Positions 10,590-17,460 are shown, counted from the stretch's first letter. The stretch is DNA of 32,000 nucleotides from Halomicrobium mukohataei DSM 12286 (GCF_000023965.1 NC_013202.1:2640001-2672000), one strand, 5' to 3'. Translations and numbers: made by a program. Notes: a model not told the origin generated them from the sequence alone.

Positions 10590-10681
10590 AGCTGTGGCTG
10601 TCAGTTGGCGCGTCGACTCGCCACCGGGACACGGGGGCCGTGTGACGGCGCTGCTATACGCTTAAGTGACAGCCGGCAGTA
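10590..10681. repeat. Family B-like hairpin, copy B4 (inverted relative to B1)
   Basis: GTGACAGCCGGCAGTAC (10665-10681) is the reverse complement of the B1 5' arm at 16 of 17 positions. It pairs with CTGTGGCTGTCA (10592-10603). Inner hairpin is ACACGG/CCGTGT (10629-10643). The interior is not alignable to B1/B2. Confidence 0.45.
10661..10667 (+). promoter_or_regulatory. TATA-like box (CTTAAGT) for the MBL hydrolase gene
   Basis: About 31 nt upstream of ATG 10695. The same CGCTTAARTG decamer occurs at 9311-9320 upstream of the GT4 gene at 9401. This box lies inside repeat B4. Confidence 0.4.
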
Positions 10682-10694
10682 CGTCCACGTGACC

Positions 10695-11414
10695 ATGGAG
10701 ATCACCTGGCACGGCCACTCGACGTTCCACGTAACGGTCGACAACACGGCACTCCTCGTCGATCCGTTCTTCGACAATCCGAAGACGGACCTGGAGCCCG
10801 GAGCGGTCGACGCCGACTACGTCCTGTTGACCCACGGTCACATGGACCACATCGCAGACGTCGGCGCGTTCCCCGACGCGACCGTGGTCGGACTGCCAGA
10901 GGTCGTCGGCTACTGTGCGGACAACTACGGCGTCTCGGAGACGATCGGCGCGAACCTCGGAGGGACCGTCGAACTCGGCGACGCGTTCGTCACCCTCCAC
11001 CGCGCCGACCACACGAACGGCATGGAGACCACCTACGAGTCGACCGGCGGTGGGATGCCGGCCGGCTTCGTCATCTCCGACACCAAGCCGACGCAGGTGT
11101 CAGACGCCGAATCGTCGACGTTCTACCACGCCGGTGACACGGGACTGATGACCGAGATGCGAGAGGTGATCGGTCCGTATCTGGAGCCCGACGTGGCCGC
11201 GGTCCCCATCGGCGATCACTTCACGATGGGGCCGATGCAGGCCGCGATCGCCGTCGATTGGCTAGACGTGGACGTGGCGTTGCCGATGCACTACGACACC
11301 TTCCCGCCGATCGAAGTCGATCCCGAGGAGTTCCGGCGTGAAGTTACTGCCACCGGGAGCTCCACAGAGGTGCGGATTCTGGCCGGCGACGAGTCGATCA
11401 CCGTCGCCGAGTGA
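10695..11414 (+). CDS. Metallo-beta-lactamase-fold hydrolase (UPF0173-like)
   Basis: Track ORF 10605..11414 (TTG start) trimmed to ATG 10695 ([13 protein letters not shown]). It carries the HxHxDH motif in [12 protein letters not shown] and is 239 aa. Confidence 0.8.
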   Translation: MEITWHGHSTFHVTVDNTALLVDPFFDNPKTDLEPGAVDADYVLLTHGHMDHIADVGAFPDATVVGLPEVVGYCADNYGVSETIGANLGGTVELGDAFVTLHRADHTNGMETTYESTGGGMPAGFVISDTKPTQVSDAESSTFYHAGDTGLMTEMREVIGPYLEPDVAAVPIGDHFTMGPMQAAIAVDWLDVDVALPMHYDTFPPIEVDPEEFRREVTATGSSTEVRILAGDESITVAE

Positions 11415-11469
11415 CGACGCTACACTCGACTTTCCGACGCTCGCCGCGACAGACCGCGGACGTGGCGTC

Positions 11470-11555
11470 TCATACGGACGGTTGTAGGCGTTTACCCAGT
11501 CGACCGCACGACGGCGTGCGGTCGATCTGGTAAAGACCTACAACTTTCCGTATCA
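11470..11555 (+). mobile_element. Family A 80-bp palindromic MITE-like element, copy A1, with TCA/TCA flanking duplication
   Basis: Core 11473-11552 is identical to 28986-29065 and 79/80 identical to 13062-13141. Terminal inverted repeats are TACGGA/TCCGTA. The flanking trinucleotide TCA occurs at 11470-11472 and at 11553-11555; the latter is the stop codon of the minus-strand dehydrogenase gene. Confidence 0.75.
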
Positions 11556-12449
11556 GTCGTCCGACGAGAGCGAGATGCCGGTCTGTTCGGCCAGCGGCTC
11601 GACGACGGCAGCCATGTCTCGGTCGCCGAGGCCGGCCGCTCGGGCACCGCTGAACAGTTCGCGGGCCGCTGCGGTGAGTTGCATCGGGACGCGGGCGTCG
11701 CCCGCCGCGTCCAGCGCCAGGTCCAGGTCCTTGAACTGGTAGTCGACGGGGAACCGCGAGTCGTAGTCGTCCGTTCGGATCTGCTGGCCCTTCGCCGAGA
11801 ACAGCGGCGAGTCGAGCGCGCCGTTCTCGACGACTTCGAGCATGTCCTCGATTTCGAGTGCCTGGTTCGCGCCGAAGGTCAGCGCCTCGGCGAGCGCGCC
11901 CATGGCGGTACCCAACAGGAGATTGACGAACAGCTTCATGCTGGTTCCCTGCCCGACCCCGCCACACCGGACGACGGGGTCACACATGGCCGATAGCACC
12001 GGCTCGACGTCGTCGATCACGTCGCCGTCGCCGCCGGCGAGTCCGACGAGCGTCCCCTCGCGGGCCGGGCCGACCGTCCCCGAGACGGGGCAGTCGAGAA
12101 AGCGGCCACCGTGCTCGCGGACGGCCTCGGCCGCCGCCAGCGTCTCGTCGCGACCGATCGTGCTCATCTGGACGACCGTCGTCGTCTCGTCTAGCCCCGC
12201 CAGGATACCGAAGTCCCGTTCGAGGACCTCGCCGACGGCCGTGCCGTCGGTGACGATCAGACAGACCACGTCGACGCGCTCGGTGAGGTGTTTCGGCGAG
12301 TCGGCGACGCTGACGCCCGCCTCGGCGAAGGGGCGCTCTCGCTCGGTCGTCCGGTTGTACACGGTGAGGTCGAACCCCGCGTCGTCGAGGTTCCAGGCCA
12401 TCGGCGCACCCATCGCACCGAGGCCGACGAAACCGACAGATCGTGCCAT
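11553..12449 (-). CDS. NAD(P)-dependent beta-hydroxyacid dehydrogenase (3-hydroxyisobutyrate / 6-phosphogluconate dehydrogenase-like family)
   Basis: Track ORF 11553..12587 trimmed to ATG 12449 (MARSVGFVGLGAMGAPMAWNL, a GxGxxG Rossmann motif). It is 298 aa. Confidence 0.8.
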   Translation of the reverse strand: MARSVGFVGLGAMGAPMAWNLDDAGFDLTVYNRTTERERPFAEAGVSVADSPKHLTERVDVVCLIVTDGTAVGEVLERDFGILAGLDETTTVVQMSTIGRDETLAAAEAVREHGGRFLDCPVSGTVGPAREGTLVGLAGGDGDVIDDVEPVLSAMCDPVVRCGGVGQGTSMKLFVNLLLGTAMGALAEALTFGANQALEIEDMLEVVENGALDSPLFSAKGQQIRTDDYDSRFPVDYQFKDLDLALDAAGDARVPMQLTAAARELFSGARAAGLGDRDMAAVVEPLAEQTGISLSSDD

Positions 12450-12516
12450 GTCACCGGGTTCGGTCGCCGGGGACTTCAAAACAGGGCCGGGAAAGAGTTT
12501 TGAGCCCCGCGCGAGC

Positions 12517-13044
12517 ATGTCAACTCGAATGATGGACCAGAGCCACGACCGGCAGCTGCGGGCGGAGCTGTATCTACGGGGGGACACCTACGGGACCTAC
12601 GACGCCCAGCGGGACGTGTTACAGCGGGTCCACGAACTCGAAACCGAGAACGTGATCGACGAGTCGAGCGTCGCCGACGAGTGGCAGCGCATCCGGACCC
12701 TGAACGAGGATCGCCGCGACGGCGCACTTGCCACCTACGACGAGTTCGCGGCCTGGGCACAGCGAAACGACTACGCGCTAGAGCCCGCGTTCGAACGACG
12801 GGCGCGGTCCTACGTCGGCCTCAGTCGGGTCGACGACGTCGTCGTCTTCCCGGTCGTCTCGCTGGCGATCTACGAGCGCGACCGGCTCCAGGCGGTCTTT
12901 CCGTGCTCGGACGGCGAGCGAAACTACCGCGTCCAGGACTGCCTGGACGCGTTCGAACGCGGCGACGAGCGGTGGCTCACGCAGTTCGACACGGTGACCG
13001 TCGACCGCACCGCGCCGCGGCTCGAACCGGGACTGGACGCCTGA
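12517..13044 (+). CDS. Conserved-looking acidic hypothetical protein
   Basis: 3' part of track ORF 11842..13044; the upstream part is antisense to the dehydrogenase gene. Starts at ATG 12517 (MSTRMMDQSHDRQLRAELYLRGDTYGTYDAQRDVLQRVHELE); ATGs at 12529 and 12532 are alternatives. Acidic, halophile-like composition. I recognise no motif. Confidence 0.55.
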   Translation: MSTRMMDQSHDRQLRAELYLRGDTYGTYDAQRDVLQRVHELETENVIDESSVADEWQRIRTLNEDRRDGALATYDEFAAWAQRNDYALEPAFERRARSYVGLSRVDDVVVFPVVSLAIYERDRLQAVFPCSDGERNYRVQDCLDAFERGDERWLTQFDTVTVDRTAPRLEPGLDA

Positions 13045-13058
13045 TCTACAGGAGCTAC

Positions 13059-13144
13059 TGATACGGATGGTTGTAGGCGTTTACCCAGTCGACCGCACGA
13101 CGGCGTGCGGTCGATCTGGTAAAGACCTACAACTTTCCGTATGA
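13059..13144 (+). mobile_element. Family A MITE-like element, copy A2, with TGA/TGA flanking duplication
   Basis: Core is 13062-13141, with a single difference from A1/A3 (T at 13068 instead of C, in an unpaired position). TGA occurs at 13059-13061 and 13142-13144. Confidence 0.75.
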
Positions 13145-13183
13145 GAGACGCACTCGCACGACGACAGTACGAGCGCCGCCGTG

Positions 13184-13189
13184 CTTATT
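13184..13189 (+). promoter_or_regulatory. TATA-like box (CTTATT) for the R15P isomerase gene
   Basis: Centred 26-27 nt upstream of ATG 13213. The same hexamer at the same spacing precedes the PfkB kinase gene (15381-15386). Confidence 0.45.
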
Positions 13190-13212
13190 GGAACCGATAG
13201 CCAAAGCTACGT

Positions 13213-14208
13213 ATGGACGAGCCACCGCTGCATCCCCGCGTCGAGACCGTGGCCGAGGACATCGAGACCATGGAGACCCGCGGGGCGGCGACGATCGCCG
13301 ACGCGGCGGCGTCGGCACTGGTCACACAGGCAGCGGAGAGCCGGGCCGAGACGCCGGCAGCGTTTCGCGGGGAGATCAGAGCGGCGGCACGCACCCTGCT
13401 GGACACGCGGCCGACCGCCGTGAGCCTGCCCAACGCCTTGCGGTACGTGCTCCAGCGGATGGACGGCGAGAGCGTCGCCGCGCTGCGAGCGTCCGTCGAG
13501 CGGGCCGGGTCGTCGTTTCGCGACCAGCTCGACCGTGCCCAGGACGACCTCGGCGAGATCGGCGCGAACCGGCTGCGAGACGGCGATCGAGTGATGACAC
13601 ACTGCCACTCGACGGACGCCGTCGCCTGCATCGAGCACGCGGTCCAGCAGGGCAAAGCCATCAGCGCGGTCGTCAAGGAGACGCGACCGCGCAAGCAGGG
13701 CCACATCACGGCGCGGGAACTCCGAGAGCTCGGGGTCCCGGTGACCCTGATCGTCGACAGCGCCGCCCGCCGCTCTCTGGGCGACGTGGACCACGTCCTC
13801 GTGGGGGCCGACGCGATCGCCGCCGACGGCAGCGTCGTCAACAAGATCGGCACGTCCGGGCTGGCGGTCAACGCTCGCGAGCGCGGCACGCCGGTGATGG
13901 TCGCCGCCCAGACGATCAAGCTCCACCCGGACACGATGACCGGCCACACCGTCGACATCGAGATGCGCGACGAGTCGGAGGTGATCGCTCCCGAAGACCG
14001 CGCGGAGATCGGCGAGATCACGGTCGAGAATCCCGCCTTCGACGTGACGCCACCTCGCCACGTCGACGCCATCGTCACCGAGCGCGGCCAGTTCCCGCCC
14101 GAGAGCGTCGTCACGCTGATGCGCGAACTGTTCGGCGAAGGGACCCGAGAGCCGTGGGCGGAGCCGACGACGAGGGAAGCCGAACGCCGACCCGAGGACG
14201 AGTCGTAG
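13213..14208 (+). CDS. Ribose-1,5-bisphosphate isomerase (e2b2 / aIF-2B-related family)
   Basis: 331-aa ORF with family motifs THCHSTDAV (Cys-containing active-site region), VKETRPRKQG and VGADAIAADGSVVNKIGTSGLA. Clustered with type III RuBisCO. MtnA or an aIF-2B subunit paralogue cannot be fully excluded from sequence alone. Confidence 0.7.
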   Translation: MDEPPLHPRVETVAEDIETMETRGAATIADAAASALVTQAAESRAETPAAFRGEIRAAARTLLDTRPTAVSLPNALRYVLQRMDGESVAALRASVERAGSSFRDQLDRAQDDLGEIGANRLRDGDRVMTHCHSTDAVACIEHAVQQGKAISAVVKETRPRKQGHITARELRELGVPVTLIVDSAARRSLGDVDHVLVGADAIAADGSVVNKIGTSGLAVNARERGTPVMVAAQTIKLHPDTMTGHTVDIEMRDESEVIAPEDRAEIGEITVENPAFDVTPPRHVDAIVTERGQFPPESVVTLMRELFGEGTREPWAEPTTREAERRPEDES

Positions 14209-14395
14209 GCGACTGGAGTCCGGCGCTGGCTCTCGGATGGACATCCAGGTCAAGGGGTCGCGCCTACCGAAGAGTCACAGAACGGCCCCGACCCTCACCG
14301 TCTCGATTCGGTCGGTGTACGGTCGGTACAGGTGAAGCACGTCTCATTCAGTATAGACGATATATTTAACCCCGTATTGTTCGATTAGACGGTTA

Positions 14396-14734
14396 ATGAC
14401 GGACTGGGAGCGTGTGAGACAGGAACTCGAAGAAGCGGGCTATTCTGGATTCGAGTTCGATAGCGGCGATACGGCTGTGTCGGGGCTGTCCGGTGAGTGG
14501 GTATCCGGTAAAATCCCACGCGAGGGAGGATTGAAACACGAGAATCAAACACTTTGGATGCGAATTCTCGACACGTTATCATGGAACGGTGGTACCGTGG
14601 ATGCTGCTCCAGAAAACGCCCCCGAAAGCATACGCAATATCGCCACTGAACACGGGTTGGAAGTCGTGATATTCACCGTCTCTGCCGAGGAGGTGCGAAT
14701 CGCACTTTGTGACCCCTCAAAACATGATCTGTAA
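14396..14734 (+). CDS. Orphan hypothetical protein (112 aa) in the low-GC island
   Basis: Clean ORF with ATG start. TATATTTA box at 14361-14368, about 31 nt upstream. A/T-ending codons are used, unlike the neighbouring genes. No recognisable motif. Confidence 0.5.
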   Translation: MTDWERVRQELEEAGYSGFEFDSGDTAVSGLSGEWVSGKIPREGGLKHENQTLWMRILDTLSWNGGTVDAAPENAPESIRNIATEHGLEVVIFTVSAEEVRIALCDPSKHDL

Positions 14735-14852
14735 CGGTGTGTTCGCACATGCACGGTTCAGCTATTCCACAGCCACTGGGGTAGAAAGCAACTATCATAT
14801 AGGATTTCCGACGACATACCGAATTATCGACGTGCTATCGTCTCGCGTCTCT

Positions 14853-14857
14853 TTTTG
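14853..14857 (+). terminator. Oligo-T tract (T5) downstream of the 112-aa ORF
   Basis: CTCTTTTTGAC lies in the convergent spacer. Archaeal termination commonly uses T-runs. Confidence 0.35.
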
Positions 14858-14864
14858 ACGGCGT

Positions 14865-15134
14865 TCAAATCATGTGTAGGAGTATTTGCAGCGATGTCAG
14901 TGCGACCGCTACAGCGAGAGCGAGGATGATGATGGATATCCCGACACTATATTCGCTGAACGGCGGATTCCGTCTCGACTGAAATAGCACGACAAGTCCG
15001 GTAACGAGGATGAGTACGTCGACGCCGACTTCGAGTCCCGATGCGGTGCCCTCGACGAAAACTCCGTTGATCGCTCTCAGTGCGCCTGTCAGGGTAAAGA
15101 GAACGCCGATCAGTTTGGAGGGTGAAACGTTCAC
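14865..15134 (-). CDS. Small hydrophobic membrane protein (89 aa, about 3 TM) in the low-GC island
   Basis: GTG start at 15134, with AT-rich GAGATTATTTCG (minus strand, 15153-15166) about 26 nt upstream. Hydrophobic segments: LIGVLFTLTGAL, VDVLILVTGLVVLF, VGISIIILALAVAVAL. Confidence 0.45.
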   Translation of the reverse strand: MNVSPSKLIGVLFTLTGALRAINGVFVEGTASGLEVGVDVLILVTGLVVLFQSRRNPPFSEYSVGISIIILALAVAVALTSLQILLHMI

Positions 15135-15380
15135 AACGAACCACTCGTGTCCGGGCGAAATAATCTCTTGTCATCTGAACAGCCACTCTCTCGAATTGCA
15201 GACATGCGACTGTCCTGCGCCCGGTGAGAGACAGACAGCGACGCCACGCGGATAGTTTGGTGGTGGCCGTCGCCGGTGGGTGATATCCGCACTTCGAACT
15301 GGCGACCTGTCACGCGGACTGACGGCCGGCGATGTGCGCGGTCGCGGGGGCCGCCAGCGCGGGATCGTTCCCCCGAGGTA

Positions 15381-15386
15381 CTTATT
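15381..15386 (+). promoter_or_regulatory. TATA-like box (CTTATT) for the PfkB kinase gene
   Basis: Centred 26-27 nt upstream of ATG 15410. Confidence 0.45.
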
Positions 15387-15409
15387 CACGCCCGACGGAC
15401 AGTGGCGTA

Positions 15410-16279
15410 ATGGCGCGCGTGCTCTGTGCCGGCCACGTCAACTGGGACGTAACGCTGCAGGTCGATCGGCTTCCGGGCCCGGACGGCGAGGCCCAGATCG
15501 TCGACCAGTGCCAGTCCGGCGGCGGGAGCGCGTCGAACGTCGCGGTCCTGCTGGCGGGCCTGGACGTGGAGACGACGCTGCTGGGCAGCGTCGGTGCCGA
15601 CGAACACGGCTGGCTGGCGGCGCGCGAACTCGATCGGGCGGGCGTCGAGACGGTGCTGGTCGAGGCCGACGACGCGACCGCGGTGAAGTACCTCGTCGTC
15701 GACGAGGGCGGCGAGGTGATGGTGCTGGGCAACGACGGCGCGAACGAGGCGTTCACGGCCGACGACCTCGAACCGGGGACCCTCGACACGACCGATCGGC
15801 TCCACCTGACGAGCCAGCGGCCGGCGACCGCCGTCGCGCTCGCCCGGCGGGCGACCGAAGCGGGCTGTCCAGTGAGCTTCGATCCGGGCCGACGGCTCGA
15901 CGAGCGCGACTACGAGCCTGTGCTCGCCGCGGTCGATCTGGTCTTTCTGAATCAGCGCGAGGCCGACATCGCCGCCGAGGCCGGGCTGCTGTCCGGCGTC
16001 GATCGCGTCGTGGTCAAGCACGGCGCGGGCGGGGCCGAGGTTCGGACCGACGGCGAGACGATCAGTCACCCCGGATTCGCCGTCGATCCGGTCGACACGA
16101 CTGGTGCCGGCGACGCGTTCGCGGCGGGGTTTCTCGCCGCTAGCCAGTCCGGTAGCGACGAGTACGCGCTGGCGGTGGGCAACGCCTGTGGCGCACTGGC
16201 AGCGAGAACCACCGGGGCGCGACTCCACGCGGAGTGGCGCGACGTCGAGGCGCTGCTCGACATCGGGCCGGGAGAGTGA
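15410..16279 (+). CDS. PfkB/ribokinase-family sugar(-phosphate) kinase; candidate ribose-1-phosphate kinase
   Basis: Track ORF 15332..16279 trimmed to ATG 15410 (MARVLCAGHVNWDV). PfkB signatures GGGSASNVA and DTTGAGDAFAAGFL are present. The specific substrate is inferred only from clustering with the R15P isomerase and RuBisCO. Confidence 0.8.
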   Translation: MARVLCAGHVNWDVTLQVDRLPGPDGEAQIVDQCQSGGGSASNVAVLLAGLDVETTLLGSVGADEHGWLAARELDRAGVETVLVEADDATAVKYLVVDEGGEVMVLGNDGANEAFTADDLEPGTLDTTDRLHLTSQRPATAVALARRATEAGCPVSFDPGRRLDERDYEPVLAAVDLVFLNQREADIAAEAGLLSGVDRVVVKHGAGGAEVRTDGETISHPGFAVDPVDTTGAGDAFAAGFLAASQSGSDEYALAVGNACGALAARTTGARLHAEWRDVEALLDIGPGE

Positions 16280-16357
16280 TACTGCCGGCTGTAACTTCGT
16301 TCAGATATTCGCCACCCTGGGGTGGCGAAATCCGTGACAGATTTACAGCCGGTATAG
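16279..16357 (+). repeat. Family B nested-hairpin repeat, copy B2
   Basis: Starts at the last base of the kinase stop codon (TGA 16277-16279). Outer stem CCGGCTGTAA/TTACAGCCGG (16285-16294 / 16343-16352). Inner perfect 9-bp stem TTCGCCACC/GGTGGCGAA (16308-16316 / 16321-16329), loop CTGG. Confidence 0.7.
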
Positions 16358-16362
16358 TAACA

Positions 16363-16426
16363 ATTGAAACGATTTACACACCGATCGCACTGCAGTCGTG
16401 CGATCGGGTGTGCATTGATTTTCAAT
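16363..16426. terminator. Long GC-rich hairpin with flanking T-tracts; candidate bidirectional terminator between convergent kinase genes
   Basis: Stem CACACCGATCGCAC (16377-16390), loop TGCAGTC, then GTGCGATCGGGTGTG (16398-16412), giving 14 bp with one bulge. Outer pairing is ATTGAAA/TTTCAAT (16363-16369 / 16420-16426). It is followed by GATTTTC on the plus strand and CGTTTC on the minus strand. Confidence 0.5.
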
Positions 16427-16443
16427 GGCTACTATAGTATGAG

Positions 16444-17460
16444 TCAGGGCCGCGGGAGCGCCTCGACGAGGCGCTCGAACTCCTGGCGGTACTGGGCCTC
16501 TGCGCGTGCCCGTGCGAGGCCGGAGTCCTCTGCGAACGATCCCTCGAACCCGCCCATCCGCCACAGCAGCGTCGAGAGCTGGTAGATCGGGCGTTTCAGG
16601 ACGTACTCCTCGTCGAAGGCGAAGGGGCGTTCGCTGTTGTACCCCTCGTAGAGAGCGCTCCGGAGGCGCTCACGGACGCTCTCGTCCTGGAACGACGAGT
16701 CGACGAAGAGAAACTCCGTCTGTGCGAGGTGGTACTCCGGGAGCGCGGCGAGGACGTCCTGCCAGTCGAGCACGGCGGTGATCGGGTCGTCCAGCGTCGG
16801 ATCGAACAGGAGATTCGCCGGCCGGAAGTCGTCGTGGACCAGCCGCGGGACCCCCTCCTCGGGGACGAGCGAGAGCGCCGGCTTCAGGTTGCGCTCGGCC
16901 CGCTCGCGCAGGTCCGCGAACGGCGTGTGCGCGAGGCCGTCCAGGTGAGCCGTCGTCAGTTGCTCGAAGTACGCACGCCAGCTGGCGGTCAGATCCCGGA
17001 CGATGATCCGGTCGTTCCAGAGGTCCAGCCAGCCGAACGCCTCGAACGCGATCTCGGAGTGGAGATCGCCGAGCATGCGGCCGACCTGTTTCAGGACGCG
17101 CTCGTGGTCGGCCGTCGAGAGGTCGGCGTAGCTCTCCGCGAGATTGTCCCCTTCGAGACGCGCCGTCACGAAGTACGGCGGGACGGCGACTTCGGGCTCC
17201 TGTTCGAACACGAGGATATCCGGCACCGGCAGCGTCGTTCGCTCCGAGACGTAGTCGTGGAGCGTGGGCTCGACGGCGAACGACTCCATGTCGTCGGGCT
17301 CGAACTTCACGACGACCTCGTACTCCTGGCCGGCGTGTTCGAGCGTCACCATGTACACGTCGCTCTGGTGGCCACTGCCCGGTCGCTCGAACGAAAAGTC
17401 AGTGTAGTCCGGCCCGGACTCCTCCAGAACGGCTTCGATGTCGGTGACGGGAGTCGACAC
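16444..17460 (-). CDS. Aminoglycoside-phosphotransferase/choline-kinase-fold (APH-like) kinase, substrate unknown
   Basis: Track ORF 16444..18024 trimmed to GTG 17460 (VSTPVTDIEAVLEESGPDYTDFSFERPGSGHQSDVYMV). The first internal Met would remove the Gly-rich nucleotide loop. Catalytic motif HDDFRPANLLF and metal-binding VLDWQD are present. A TATA-like ATTTTTG lies about 28 nt upstream. Confidence 0.7.
   Translation of the reverse strand: MSTPVTDIEAVLEESGPDYTDFSFERPGSGHQSDVYMVTLEHAGQEYEVVVKFEPDDMESFAVEPTLHDYVSERTTLPVPDILVFEQEPEVAVPPYFVTARLEGDNLAESYADLSTADHERVLKQVGRMLGDLHSEIAFEAFGWLDLWNDRIIVRDLTASWRAYFEQLTTAHLDGLAHTPFADLRERAERNLKPALSLVPEEGVPRLVHDDFRPANLLFDPTLDDPITAVLDWQDVLAALPEYHLAQTEFLFVDSSFQDESVRERLRSALYEGYNSERPFAFDEEYVLKRPIYQLSTLLWRMGGFEGSFAEDSGLARARAEAQYRQEFERLVEALPRP

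Noticed and set aside
14209-15223. Imperfect direct repeat GCGACTGGAGTCCGGCGCTGG (14209-14229) versus GCGACTGTCCTGCGCCCGG (15205-15223), which could mark attL/attR of the low-GC island.
   Set aside because: About 16 matches with several gaps in GC-rich sequence is too weak to count, and no integrase is nearby. It needs comparison with an empty site in a relative.
15261-15327. tRNA-like signal on the minus strand: a 7-bp acceptor-like pairing GGCCGTC...GACGGCC followed by A-CCA, with an internal GTTCGAA, at the right edge of the low-GC island. This could have been a tRNA-derived att site.
   Set aside because: It is only 64 nt before the CCA. No D-arm or anticodon arm can be drawn. The GTTCGAA is in the middle rather than next to the acceptor 3' strand and is not flanked by a complementary T-stem. 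It is most likely a chance inverted repeat in GC-rich DNA.
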